Shown piece by piece: positions 25,561 through 38,638 of a stretch of 64,000 nt of DNA (position 1 is the stretch's first letter; every line of letters begins with the position of its first letter). A program made the position numbers and the translations under genes. The notes below the pieces were generated by a model. It worked only from the letters and a program-made list of their open reading frames with translations, made no database searches and was not told where the DNA came from. Origin of the DNA: Penicillus capitatus (taxonomy: Eukaryota > Plantae > Chlorophyta); the NCBI GenBank assembly GCA_965649825.1, contig OZ287699.1:496001-560000 (forward strand), in the 5' to 3' direction.

Positions 25561-27405
25561 CAGCACGCTTCCGGACTGACCTGCTTTTTGCAGTCGGCGC
25601 CGCAATTCGTAAAAGCCCAAAAGACGGACGGACCTTCAAACAGTTGACGACTGCGGAAGCTCCGTCCGTGTCGTTCGAGCACCCGCGGAAAGAAAACTGC
25701 GTCGACACAGACGCCACGTTCGCACAACGACGACGCAAGAGACGGACACGTCGTCGTCGGGAGTGTCCGAGTGCGCACTTCGAAGACCGGCGTCCAATTC
25801 GGAAAAACAGAAATGCGAAAACGGGAATGGCGTGGAGAGTTTTGTGGGCAAGGTGACAGCCGGAACAAATTCGACGCGTTCTCGGCCAATCAGAACGCGC
25901 CATCATTCCCTTCACGGCAGTCTGGCGTCAGCGAAGAACAGGTCAAACGTCGCCTCACCCGGCAGGCGCAACCTATTACATCGCTCTACTACCCACTTCA
26001 TCGGTGCACTCACTGACGGGAGGTCGGCAACGGTTTGGCCCCGCGGCCCGGACAGGCTGTCAGCTTCCTTATGGGACAGCGATCCGCGAACGCCAGGGTA
26101 TTTAGCTGACTGGACGCGCACCGTGTAAGCAGTCTTTGCATTGGCTCGACAATGTCTCTCCGTTTCGCCGACGCGTGTCGCCCTTCGTCAGACGTTTCCC
26201 GTCACTCACGCACCTCTTTTGTCAAACCTATGATTTCCACTTTCTGGGCGTATGATAGTGTATGTGTGTATTCTCCGGAGTCTGATGCCGATGGCTTGTC
26301 GTTTCTTTATCTTTCACCCTCCCTGCCGATGCCGTAGAACCAGTCTCCGGTTTTTAGAGAAAAGGCATTGTGTAACCTGACGGCCTCGTTGCATGGCGAG
26401 CTCGGCCTAATGGAGCAAATCTTCTTCGATCCTTCGACATTCACTTGGAACGACAGTGTGGAGTCAATGATAGGATCGTCAATCTCTTCCTGTCGATCGC
26501 GGAACAGTGAAGACACCATCCATTTCTTCCGAACGAAACAGACGCACTTGTTTCTCTCGGATAGCCTTCCCAGCGATCTCTCCAGAAGTTTTTGTCGCAC
26601 CGCTTGCAGCAGAAGAAGAACTATTGCTATTGAAGTCCCAAGCTCGAGTGTGCTCGACGTCGTGTATGCCGTTTCTGTCATAATTTGACAGCTAAGCAGC
26701 GACTGGCGCGCAGGATTTCCCACAACCCGGACAAAAGATGACTCCGTAGACAGTTCATCTGATTTTTAGCATGACTGTAAAAAGTTAGAGCAAACAGAAA
26801 TCTCCAAACAATCGAGCTCCTTGTCGAGCAAATGGGATGGCTTTTGTTGTCGCATCGTTTTCCTGTGCACTACCCTCCGCGATCTCCATTGGCTCGAAGA
26901 TTTCTAGCCTTTCGAAGAGCGCGTGTGGGGCGAATGAGATTTGGATTTGCGGAGCACCGAAGCCAGGATCCAAATCATAAACCAAAACGACACTCTTGCA
27001 TCCGATTGTTCAACGATTCTGAAATCTCTAGAGAGAATACAAACGTGGCTGATCGTGCTCGACGAAGGCGAGACAGAGAGAGGCCGCAATGCAGGAAGAG
27101 TTTCGACTTCGAGGAGCTGCGGGCGAACGCGAAACTGGTCACACGCGTCTCATTCTTGGACGGCGACGAGACGACTCTGTGTCACGAAGTCATGATGACT
27201 GTTCTGGAAGCCGATGGAGCTGTTGGTCAAAACCACTAAACTGAAAGCCTTCAACACTTTCATATCTGCAGGCTCTACATAGCACGACCTGATGATGACG
27301 CCGACCGCGAGGCCTTCCAGAAGCGGCACGTGTTTCTCAGTGAAACCGGTTCATCGCAAACATTCTGAAGCAGGCGAAGGCGAAAGGAATCGGTGAGACG
27401 TTGCT
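25561..27405 (+). repeat. Dispersed repeat copy 1 (~1.65 kb plus a 196-bp insertion), inverted relative to 44608-46255
   Basis: Colinear reverse-complement match from CAGCACGCTTCCGG (25561) to GAGACGTTGCT (27405); length minus insertion 1649 vs 1648 bp. Confidence 0.95.
26014..26204. mobile_element. 191-bp insertion with TG..CA ends, 8-bp TIR and 5-bp TSD (solo-LTR or MITE-like)
   Basis: CTCAC|TGACGGGA...TCCCGTCA|CTCAC; the paralogous copy has the empty site (CCCAC once, 45797-45801 reverse complement); internal TATA-like GGGTATTTAG. Confidence 0.85.
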
Positions 27406-28084
27406 TTTCAGAAGTAAGATCGTCGATGCATATGGCACTGCACCAACCGGTTTTCAATGGCCACATCCGAAGACGTTCACTCACTTCATATGAGTCAAAC
27501 TATTATTGTTTAAGAATTTTATCAGACTACGATATGCTGGTGTTGCTTCCTGTGCCGCCGTTAACACCGATGCTTATTAGGTGCAATAAGATCGTCGCGA
27601 TAGAACGCACTCTAACAAACTTATTGTCTTACCTCTGGCCCAGTCGATGGATGCATTGGTATCCAAATGTGCCCGCTGGACAAAGTTTGTTTTCAGAACT
27701 CGTGGAACAAAAACTTATAGACTCATGTTCGTGCAGATATTGTGCCTCATTCCACGTTTGTCGAGCAAAGTGTCTGCACAGCACTGATGTTTCAGACAAT
27801 CACCATAGTTGCGTTGCTGAAAACCAGTCGGCGTGCATCTCTACGGGACAAGAAATCCGAGGTGACTTTTCCGAAGAGCGAGCGCAACTATCGCGCGCGT
27901 ATTTTTCGCGTTGTCGCCCCGGAAAGATCTCGGTGTTGTTTTTTTGGATGACTTCAAATCGACATCTCTCCCATCATGTTTTTTCCCTTTTCACTTGTCG
28001 CACTCAAAAATTGCGACAAGAATGGATTGTGTGTGGATCATGAATGAAATAACAGACAGCAGGAATGCGGTGAAGAAAAGAACA

Positions 28085-29967
28085 TCAGTTTCTTTTTTGC
28101 ACGTTGTTCCATGGAATGTGTTTCTCGAAAGCAAACGGTCTGTTATCTGCAAAGTGAATTTCGTGTCCTCTGCCGTAAAGACCGAAGACAACGGCACCTA
28201 ACAACATCAAGACAATAGCGGGAAGAAATAGAGCCAACGGCCACGAGTTTGTGGCATCCAGAATGGCTCCCGTAATCGATACACCTACAAGAATCCCTCG
28301 TCGGCGTTGAAATACTCCTCCCTGATTGGCACCTATGATTCCAGGCAAAGCGGCCAGCGTCGTCGTCATGCTGAGGAGAAATCCTGCGTATTTTGGGGTG
28401 AGATCTTGCGAATTGGAGTAGAGGCCAGGAAGGCAGAAGCCTCCGAGGCCAATCGACGCCGTCAGCAATGCGACCCTGATCTCATTGGATTCCGAAAAGG
28501 AGGCGCCGATGAGACAGAGCGAAGGAGCAACGAATGCAATGCACTGAGAGAGTTTTCGAACTAACCCCGTTTTCCATCCCCTTGCGACAAGAGCATCGGC
28601 CATTGGTCCTGCAATACACGAAATCACAATTCCTACAGAAGTAAGGGCGACAGCTATGATGTCGATGACGGGTGAGGAGGGGTTAACCGGCGATGGGTGG
28701 CATAAGAGAGATCCGCGCTGCATCGCCCAGTTGCAGACCAAGTGTACTGCTGAAGTAAGAAGGCAGCCAAGATAGAGTGGTGAAATGAAACCTACATCAC
28801 ACATTCTCACTCTTTTAGGAGGGGAATGTAAGAAATGGCACCATCCAGAGCAGAAATGCGTAAACATTAGAGCCTGAACTGGCCGGCATCTTAACATGGC
28901 TCTCCACGGAATGTCTTCTTGGATGACAGAAGCTGACGATTCAGTCAATTCTAAAAAATGTGTGAATCAAGTTCAGGAATGCGTGAGAATCTCACACTTT
29001 TGACTTTTCTATACGTTTCTGAATCGGAACGTTTCAATCCTTCGACCAGCAGTTCCCAAACCACGACCCAAATCAGTCCAGTCCCTCCAAAGACGTAGAA
29101 CACCGCTGGCCAGCCAAAGGCATTGATCAGCATCGGCGATGTCAACAGTCCTAGAAGATGAACGCACTGCTGCCCTCTTCTGCCCAGAAACGTCCCATCT
29201 TACCAAGAATCGTCCCAACGTACAACCCAACATTGACAAAGCTGACAGCCCTGGATCGCTCTTCAGGGGGAATGGTCTTTGCTATGACATCCGCCACGGC
29301 TGCCGGCGCTAATGCCTCGCCTAATCCCACCAGCGAACGGGAGACACAGAGTCCAGGGATACTCCCTCCTACAGCCGGGAGGCCATACGTCGCAACAGAC
29401 CACAGTCCAACACCGATAGGCAGCATCCGCGATCCCGAAAACCGCGTACTGAGGTAGCCGCCTGGCAGCTGACAGAACATGTAGCCGTAGAAGAACGCAG
29501 ACTGAACCAAGCCAGAAACGGTGGCATTCCATCCAAACTGCTGCGCCATAGGAATGATCGCCACACTCATGTTGACTTTGTCCTTCAGACGACGACACGC
29601 GATCGTCCATCGAATTCGTCACTCAGGTCAAGATCACCATGTTGCAGATGACGTAAGAGAGGAAGGCCGCGATGAGGAGTTTGAAGCGTGATGGCAGGTC
29701 CTCCCAGGATTCGAGGAAGGGCGGCATCTTTCTACGTTCTTCTCCCAAGTCGAGAGGCTCGAGAAGCTCCGATACTCTTGTGGCCGTTTGTGGGACCCTA
29801 AGGTTCTTGTGTCTATCCGATGCGGCGCAGCCGATGACGACTAGGTCATGAACATTTTCGCCTACCCTGTGGATGCGTCGCTGTTTCGTCCAAACGGCCC
29901 ACCGTTGCGACATCCCACGAGGCGCCGTGTGAACGAGAGTACCAGACGCAAGACATCGTACGGTCAT
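28085..29967 (-). CDS. PHT4: PHT4/ANTR anion (phosphate) transporter, SLC17-like MFS, paralog 1
   Basis: LPSRFKLLIAAFLSYVICNM-DKVNMSVAIIPM, GLVQSAFFYGY, GWPAVFYVFGG, QDLTPKYAGFLL; start codon uncertain. Confidence 0.9.
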
Positions 29968-29974
29968 CGTAAAA

Positions 29975-30799
29975 ATGAAGATGGCGGGAATGGCACAGCG
30001 TCTCAAAGTACACGCACGCGTTCGAGGTCACACTGCGCCGAAGCCCCGTGCATCGAAGGAAGTGCGTTTCTGGAGGAGTGTGAAGATCCCGTCGCCACTG
30101 CCACGCCACATTGCGATATGCATGGACGGAAATCGCCGATGGGCTGTTCAGAACGATCTCCCTCTCCAAGCTGCTTACCGCAAGGCCGCGGAAACGGCGG
30201 AGTCAGTTGTCGAGTCGTGCCAGTACTTAGAGATCGCAGCACTGACCCTCTTTGTCTTCTCCAGCAAGAACTGGAAACGAGAACCCGATCAGGTTCTGGA
30301 TCTGCTATCGGTTCTGGAATGGAAGATCGCGCAGATTTGGCCGTACTGGAAATCTCGGAATCTCCGCATACAGTTTATGGGCGATTTTGAACAGCTTTCA
30401 TCCAGAATGATCCAATTGATCCACACCGTTGAGCGGGAAACGAGGAGCAATGATGGTCTTGTTCTCACGCTGGCCCTGAGCTACGGAGGGCGTCAAGATC
30501 TGATCCATGCCGCGCAGCAAATCGCGCGCCACGTCCAGAAGGGGGAGATCGAGATCGACGACATCACCGAGGCCTTCTTCGAACAACACCTGCAGTCCCA
30601 TAACGCCTTCGGTTCCATCGGCGATCCCGATCTCCTTATCCGCACGAGTGGAGAGCAGAGATTGAGTGATTTTATGCTTTGGGACATGGCTTACACAGAA
30701 ATGTCTTTTCAATCGGTCTTGTGGCCAGACTTCGCCCCACAACATCTGAAGGCGTCTTTACAAGATTACAGTCGAAGGGATCGGCGATATGGACGATGA
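29975..30799 (+). CDS. CPT: cis-prenyltransferase (undecaprenyl/dehydrodolichyl diphosphate synthase family), intronless
   Basis: HIAICMDGNRRWA, FVFSSKNWKR, LALSYGGRQDL, DPDLLIRTSGEQRLSDFMLW, C-terminal RRYG. Confidence 0.93.
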   Translation: MKMAGMAQRLKVHARVRGHTAPKPRASKEVRFWRSVKIPSPLPRHIAICMDGNRRWAVQNDLPLQAAYRKAAETAESVVESCQYLEIAALTLFVFSSKNWKREPDQVLDLLSVLEWKIAQIWPYWKSRNLRIQFMGDFEQLSSRMIQLIHTVERETRSNDGLVLTLALSYGGRQDLIHAAQQIARHVQKGEIEIDDITEAFFEQHLQSHNAFGSIGDPDLLIRTSGEQRLSDFMLWDMAYTEMSFQSVLWPDFAPQHLKASLQDYSRRDRRYGR

Positions 30800-30818
30800 C
30801 ACGAAAGTGCACCGCTGT

Positions 30819-32830
30819 CTAACGTTCCACCGTTCCCATGTCCTCTCCATGATAGGCAATCGAACGGCCCAGATTCTCTGTCATGCGTTGTACATTCACT
30901 TCCTCTCTTTCTTCAGCGTGTGGAATTTTCTTGTACTCATAGAACAGAGCGATAAGCAGAAACCAAAGAAAAACTAAAAACATCAATCCTAAACACCACA
31001 TCCATCACTTTATCATCACGTTTGCCGCAGGTACTGACCTCCAATAAGTATAAAGTAGTAGTCCAGATGTCCCTCGTTGAGATTGTCCGGAATCCATTTG
31101 TCGCCAAATTGTGCAGAGATGCCGTTGGCGATCTTCAGCAGAAAGGCAGATAACAGACTGCCGATGCTCACAGCGATCAGATTCAAAGCAGACATCATGC
31201 TGCGCATCGAATCTGGTGCCTAAAAACACTCTCATCCATCCATCACTCTTTTCGGTTCCTTCTCACTTCGGCGTAGAAGAACTCCATGAGTCCAATAGAC
31301 GACATGACCTCGGAAGCACCGACGAGCGCGTACGGAAAGACCTGCCACCAGATGCTGAGATCGACGACTTCGACCTCTTCATCGTCTTCTATCTTCACCT
31401 CGATCTTGCCCTCGTCAGCTATGTCCAGTCTTTTCATTTCAATCAGAAACGCGCTGATCATTGCCAGCATCGCCAGAATGTAACCGGCACCCGTGCGTTG
31501 CAAGAGGGTAGGGACGAAACGAAAGTGTTTTTTCATTGCTGGCAGAATCAGGAGATCGTAGAGAGGAATCAAGACGATGATGGATCCAGTGTTGAAGAAA
31601 GACATCGAGGCAGAGGGGATCTCTTCGTTTAAACCAAAGATCTCGACTTTGCGATTCATCTGGTTACCTTGTAGGACGAACATGGTCGACATCTGACCGT
31701 AAATCAGCCTGTCACATCATCATCACTGTGGATTTGCTTCTTCTGAGGTGCGCACCAGAAGAAAATAGACGTGTAGAAAACTTGGAAAACGCCGTAAACG
31801 AGTTTGACTTCGTACACTTGCTCTTCGGTGAAGTCCTCTGGAAATGGAACGACGACTGTTATGTCGCGAGAGGACTCGGCGGACAAACCTGGTCCAATAG
31901 CCCAATCGAGCCAGTGTTCTTCTCTGCCTGGGCTGTTTTCAATAAGTGGGGCTTCTTCAGTGTCTCGATGTTGAGCAGTCAGCATCCGTTGCTGTTTTCG
32001 ATTGCGCATTGCGGCAATCGTGACACGGAAGAATCGTCCGAGAGGAGATCCGGTGACCCGCTGAAAGCGATAGAGTGACCTGCCAAAGATGAACAGCATC
32101 AAAGCAATGAACAGCGCTCCACCTGGTCACGCATTCTCTCAAGACGTCAGTCACATCAAAACGCTTTCTCACTTGGGATGCCGAATCCGATGCCCCACCA
32201 ATCTTGATCTTGGATGTAGACGATCAATGTCGAGGCGATGAGGGCACCGACGTTGATGAAGAAATAGAACCAATTGAAAAAAGACTGTTTCTCTCGACGA
32301 TCTTGATCGATTCGATCATCGAACTGATCCGCTCCGAAAGACGAGACATTCGGTTTGATGCCGCCCGTCCCCAAGGCCACCAGGAAAAGACTGAAGCCAA
32401 CGAGGAACCATTGACCCACGTTGGCATGATCCCCATCTTCCACACGGATTCCGGGAATGGCGGCGCTGCCAGTCAGGCTAAACATTCCAGCGAGATAGAA
32501 CAGAGAAAAGATGATGATTGTGGTGTAGCGTCCCAGAAAGGAATCGGCTACCCATCCGCCGAGAAGTGGAAAGGCATAAGCAAAGCCTGTGAACGTGTTC
32601 ACTGCAGCTGCCGCATCGTCACTCGCTGCGCCAAGATCTTTGAAGTAGTTGACGAGATTTGTCGCGAGTCCATAGTATGCCAAACGTTCGCAGAATTCGT
32701 TCCCTGCAGCGACGCGTCCGACACGTTAGGGTGCAATGGAGGTACCTAATATGAAAGGGCAGACGGTGAGGAGCTTGGAACGCTCTTTCTTCTCCCTGCT
32801 GTCAACGGTACTTCCATTTGCCTCTTGCAT
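30819..32830 (-). CDS. NPF: NRT1/PTR (NPF/POT) peptide/nitrate transporter
   Basis: ERLAYYGLATNLVNYF-type start, LGTGGIKPNVSSFGADQFD, FFNWFYFFINVG, LQRTGAG, IGLMEFFYAE, NEGHLDYYF. Confidence 0.92.
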
Positions 32831-32906
32831 GGTTTTTAACGTGAGAACGCTTGGAACGTCGCGACGTCGCTGAGCGTCTCGACGCGACACGATGTGACGT
32901 CTGAGC

Positions 32907-33952
32907 ATGACCTCGTTTGAAGAACTGTGCGTACGATGGGGAAATGGCACGGGGGATCGGCGAAGTATCTTCGTTAAGAAACACAAGAGACTGGAAGACG
33001 CCAAAGGAGAAGGACAGCGACTGAGAAACGCCGTTTTCGTAGCGGGTCTGTCACCGAGTTTAGCAGAGGAGAGCATTTTGAGAACAATTCTCACAAATTA
33101 TGGCGGCATTAAGACGCTTGCTCTGCATCCTTCCAAGGTCACTCCTACCGTTGATATGTTCGCCGTCGATCTGCTGAGAAATCCTGCAGAGATCTTGCAT
33201 GGCGGTCTTCACAGATGCAACTGGTGTCCAAGACCTGTTGACAAAAGCAAAGAAACGTGAAGTTCTGTCGATCTCGCCTCCGGCATTCGACTCGTGTGGT
33301 CTGAAAGGTGACGATTTCTCACTCTTTTGTACATAGAATGACGCTTTCAACAAAATCGGGACTGTCTAGCTTGGATCGTAGAACACAAAGCGAAATTTCC
33401 CGGCGAGAAAAAGCTGCAAAGCGAGGTGCTTTTTGATCGAACTAAGACAGATCTTCCAAAAAGAATGCGTTTGTCCTCTCAGGCCGATGCTTGGATGCAA
33501 GAATTCGAGAAGAGAGAAGAAGAGCGTCAGGAACAAGAACAGAACAACATGGAAGACGACGGTTGGACCGTCGTGACGCGCGTGCGTTTCTTCAGAAAAG
33601 AGCACGTGCACCGAAATCTCTTCCTCGTAGAAAAAGAAGAGAGGGATCGAGCTCCAAGGACATCAGCGAGAAAAGAGACAGCGCCAAGAAACCAAGCAAG
33701 AGCAGAAGAAGGCAAGACAGACGTGCATTTCTTCCTGAGGTGATGGTCATCTTCTGTGCAGAGTAAAGACTACAGCGACCTTTACAACACGATGACCCAG
33801 AAGCAGTCACGCATCAAAGGTCTTTTCATTTAAGTTACACTCTTTCTAGAGATGCTTTGCTCTGTTCAGTTGCTTTATCGTTGAGGGATCAGTTTGAGGA
33901 GGACAAGAAACGTGTGGCCGCCTATCGGGCAAAGCGCGAATTCCGTGGATGA
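32907..33952 (+). CDS. RRP7: Ribosomal RNA-processing protein 7
   Basis: DDGWTVVTR motif; C-terminal FEEDKKRVAAYRAKREFRG; N-terminal RRM-like FVAGL. Confidence 0.8.
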
Positions 33953-34328
33953 CATTTCAATTGCATTACAGCTTGAAATCGCGAAGTTGTGATTTGGTCG
34001 ATCCGCTCGTCCTTTCTTGCAAATTGAAGTGTCCTGGTATCAATACGCAAATGACGCTTTGCAGCTAAAGACAACGAAAAAAGGAGTTTTGGCATTTGAC
34101 AACCATAACACCAAAACGCAAGAAAACAACTTCGCCAAAACACCAGCCCCCATTCCAAAGCACCGTACATAGTATGACGTCAAAGACCACGACAAGAATA
34201 CGGAATAAAACAACCCCCACACAATAAACAACACACTGCTGATTCCAAGCCCAGTGCAGGAAAACTTGATGAGCCTAGTAATAAAATAAGTATAAGGATG
34301 GATGATGAACTACAGGTGCACTAGGATA

Positions 34329-35386
34329 TCATTCATTCTGCCGCGTTGTCGACAGGTCACACGAAATCGTGAGTCCATGTTCCTTGATCTGCTCAATCAC
34401 CGCGAGCACTTCACTCTTGGTCGGCGGCATTACGTCCTTAAGCGGATACTCTAAACCCATTTCTTTCCATTTGTCGACTCCTAATGTATGGTACGGAAGT
34501 AATTCGATGCCTTTTAGATACTCTTGTTTCTTGCAGTACGAACAGAGAAGCTCAATATCCTCAACAGCCATCGTGAGGTCGGGAATGAGGACGTATCGGA
34601 TCCAGAAAGCAATGCGTCGATGGTTGAGCTCTTCGATGAATTTGAGAACGGGAGCGATGCGGCGTCGGGTGATTTTGGAATAGACATCCTTCTTCATGTG
34701 CTTGACGCAGACCAATACCAAATCTGTATGATCCAGAACCTGCGCCCATTCGGTCGAACAGCATCCTTGGGCACTGGTGTCGAGACAGGTATTGACGCCA
34801 AGTTCATGGGCCTCTTGAAATAGGGCCGAGACAAACGCCGGCTGCATCATCGCTTCGCCTCCCGATACCGTAAGACCGCCTCCACTGGACTGCATAAACG
34901 GGACGGTTCTTTGCATCCTCTGCGCCACCTGTTTGGATGACAGACACTGACCTAATGCCATTCGGATACACGTCAGACAGCGCGGCCTTATATAGAGGCG
35001 TACCTTGGGAGGGGTCTCGCGTGTCCGGGTTACAGCAGAAGAGGCAACGGCATGGACATCCTTGTGTAAAGACGACATAACGAATGCCAGGGCCGTCGAC
35101 CGTTGAAAAAGACTCGATGGAATGCACTTTGCCGAAGACTTCATTCACAGGGGCGCGTTCGACAGACTTCCTTTCGCATCGGCCTCGGAGATCTTCCTTG
35201 GTGACGCCGGATGCCATGACGCAGTGCTCATCTATAGGCATGACCGCAGACATTGCCTCTGTGTCCTGCCGAAGCGTATGTGGTACCCGTCACGGGCGAT
35301 GTCGTTGGAATAGAAGGTCGGCTCGAAGTCTGGGGACGCAACGGAGAATCTTTCCTCTCTTGTGGAGAACTTGTCGAGCAAAGCAT
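34329..35386 (-). CDS. PFLA: Pyruvate formate-lyase activating enzyme (radical SAM)
   Basis: [36 protein letters not shown] (CxxxCxxC), [35 protein letters not shown]; start 35386 inferred via a phase-1 intron. Confidence 0.95.
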
Positions 35387-35746
35387 GTACTCTCACACAA
35401 TAAATAAAAACTCGCCAAGAACGTCTTTCGTGGTGCACAAATGAACAGGGAAGTACAAAACGGATAAGCTGTCTTGAATTGGGTATGTACTTCTCCTGCT
35501 TCCCGTCGCATTTACATTCGAAAGGATAACGTCATGATGACGACGGTGATGGTGAACTGGCGAATTCACGATGTGACGCAGATACACGCCATCTGTTCGA
35601 TTCGAATATCTTTCTATTGCATACGTGGCTCTCGGCTCTCGGAATCGACGCGTTTTGGATCTCTTACTTTTTTATGCTCTTAAGGTAATGCTCCTCTCCG
35701 TGTTCATGGTGTCCCGACTCGGTGACTTCAAGTTACCGTTGCGGAG

Positions 35747-38526
35747 ATGACGGTTCTAAAACGGGACGTTTTGGCCGCCACGGGACAGATTCTTCGCACG
35801 AGTCTTTGTGTCTGTGTAGTTCCGCGAAAGCGCATTGCTCGCATCCTTCAACTCCGTTTCGCACGCTGCGTGCCTTTCCGCCCATCAGCGTCACGTGTCC
35901 GTCGTCTCTCACTGCGGCGACCCATCGTCCTCTGCTGCGATAAACAGGTGTGTCTCTTTCTCCTAAATGAACGGTGGTGTAACTTGACGACAATGTCGAC
36001 AGCTATTATGTCGTATGCTGTCAAGAAGTGCTCGGTCATGTCACCGACGTCGACACTTTCGGCGCCCTCTGTCGGCAATGACGCGAATGGCGTTAGTGAT
36101 CGGACGCCACTGAAGTTGCCAGTCGATGTCCAAAGCGACACTTTGGCGCAGTGGATCCAGCAGCACTACACGCCATACGATGGCGATGAAGGATTCTTAG
36201 CGCCGCCAACTGAACGCACACAACAGCTGAATGACATTGTCCAATCGCTGATGAAACAGGAATTGGAGAAAGGCGTTTTGGACGTCGACGTCTCGACCCC
36301 TTCTGGCATCAATGCCCATGAAGCAGGGTACATCGATCCCGATCTCGAAGTCGTTGTTGGTCTTCAGACAGACGCCCCATTGAAACGCTCGATCAAACCG
36401 TTCGGTGAGCAGGGAATGTATGCGATGGACTTGTAGGTGACCTTGGATTGTGTGGTCGTCTAGGCGGCTATCGCCTTGTGGAGAAGGCGCTGGAATCGTA
36501 CGGCTACACGCCAGATGCCAAACTCCATGAGATCTTCCAGAAATTCCGCAAGACACACAACGATGGTGTTTTCGACGCCTACACCAAAGAGATGCGTGCT
36601 GCACGCAAATCGCATATTCTCACTGGACTTCCGGACGGGTAAAGAAATACCATCTTTTCACTCTTGTGGAAAGCGTTTGTCAGTTATGGCCGTGGACGGA
36701 TCATCGGCGACTATCGTAGAGTGGCACTGTACGGTGTGGATCGTCTTGTGCATGCCAAGATGGAAGATCGCGATACCCTCGATGGCTCTGAGATGGACGA
36801 AAAAACCATACAGCTGAGGGAGGAAGTCTCCGAGCAGATTAAGGCCTTGCACGAGCTCAAAGCGATGGCACAGCGTTACGGTTTTGATATCTCTCGTCCT
36901 GCTCGGAATGCCTTGGAAGCTGTCCAGTGGCTCTATTTTGGATATTTGGCTGCGATCAAAGAACAAGATGGCGCCGCCATGAGTTTTGGCCGAGTCGATG
37001 CTTTCTTGGACATTTTTATTGAACGAGATTTGATCGAAGGCTTCTTGATGGAAAGCGAAGCGCAAGAGCTCATCGATCAGCTCGTTCTAAAACTCAGACT
37101 CGTTCGACATCTCAGAACGCCAGAGTACAACGAACTCTTCGCCGGTGACCCCACATGGGTCACCACCGTCCTGGGCGGCATGGATGTCTCCAACAATCCA
37201 ATGATCACCAAGACCTCCTTCCGTATCTTAAGGTAAACGCCAATCAGGTGAGCACCTGTTCTTAAAGAGGCTGTCATGGTAGGACGCTGTACAATCTGGG
37301 GTCGGCTCCGGAGCCAAATATCACGGTGGCTTGGAGTCCACAACTGACCCCGTCGTTCAAGAGTTACTGTACCAGAGTGTCTGTCGATACATCCAGTATT
37401 CAGTACGAGAGCGATGATCTCATGCGTCCTCATTTTGGCAATGACTACGCGATCGCTTGCTGTGTCTCTGCCATGAGGACAGGGAAAGATATGCAATACT
37501 TCGGTGCCCGTGCCAATCTCCCAAAGCTCTTGCTCTTCGTACTGAACGGTGGCCGTGATGAGATCAGCGGTGCTCAAGTCGGGCCTCAGTTTCCAGCGCC
37601 TCGCATCGTCAACGGTGCTCTCGATTTTGACTCGCTGACTCAGACACTCGATCAAGCGATGGACTGGCTCACGGGTCTCTATGCCAAAACGATGAACGTC
37701 ATTCACTATATGCATGACAAATACGCCTACGAGAAGATCGAGATGGCATTGCATGATACTCATGTGCGCCGCCTCATGGCCTTTGGCATCGCCGGACTGT
37801 CTGTTCTTGTGGACTCATTGTCTGCCGTCAAGTTTGCTAAAGTCTGCCCCGTCCGAGACGACAAAGGCCTCACGACACGCTTCTTGATCGATGGCGAGTT
37901 TCCAAGGTTTGGAAACGACGATGATCGAGTGGACACCTTGGCACAGTGGATCGTCCGTTCCTTCCACGACAAGCTCTCGCGGCAGTACAGTTACCGAAAC
38001 TCTATCCCCACTCTCTCTGTCCTCACAAGTACCCTTTCTTCGCATCTAATCTCGTTGGCTAACAACGGGTCATGCAGTCACAAGCAACGTGGTGTACGGC
38101 AAACACACTGGCAGCACGCTTGATGGCAGAGAGAGGGGTACTCCGTTTGCTCCGGGTGCCAATCCAATGCACGGTTGCGATGCCTCTGGTGCTTTGGCTT
38201 CTCTGAATTCCGTGGCCTCACTCCCCTACGATGCTTGCATGGACGGCATCTCTAATACATTCAGCCTTGTTCCTAGTACTTTAGGGAAAGACAAGTTGTC
38301 AAGGATAAGAAATCTCATCGGTGTGTTGGACGGCTACTTCTTGAAGGGAGGCCACCATCTCAACGTCAACGTCTTGGACAAGGCGAAGCTCATGGAAGCC
38401 ATCGATCATCCAGAGAACTATCCCAACTTGACAATCCGTGTGTCTGGCTACGCCGTTCACTTCAATCGATTGACGCGCGAGCAGCAGTTGGAGGTGATCG
38501 CCCGTACCTTCCATGATTCCATGTAG
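35747..38526 (+). CDS. PFL: Pyruvate formate-lyase (glycyl radical enzyme)
   Basis: [40 protein letters not shown], catalytic AIACCVS, glycyl loop [12 protein letters not shown]; true start could be 35747 or 35993. Confidence 0.97.
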
Positions 38527-38638
38527 TCGTCCTCGTCGCCGATATCGCATTTGTTTCCTCGTGTTACGTCTTTTCATTCTTGCCACCTCGAACTATTCAA
38601 GAAGAAGAAAAAAATCATGCCTCTCAGTTTGCCATTTG

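Noticed and set aside
27393-28043. 216-aa plus-strand ORF
   Set aside because: No recognisable motifs; begins in the repeat edge and runs into the PHT4 3' region; likely spurious
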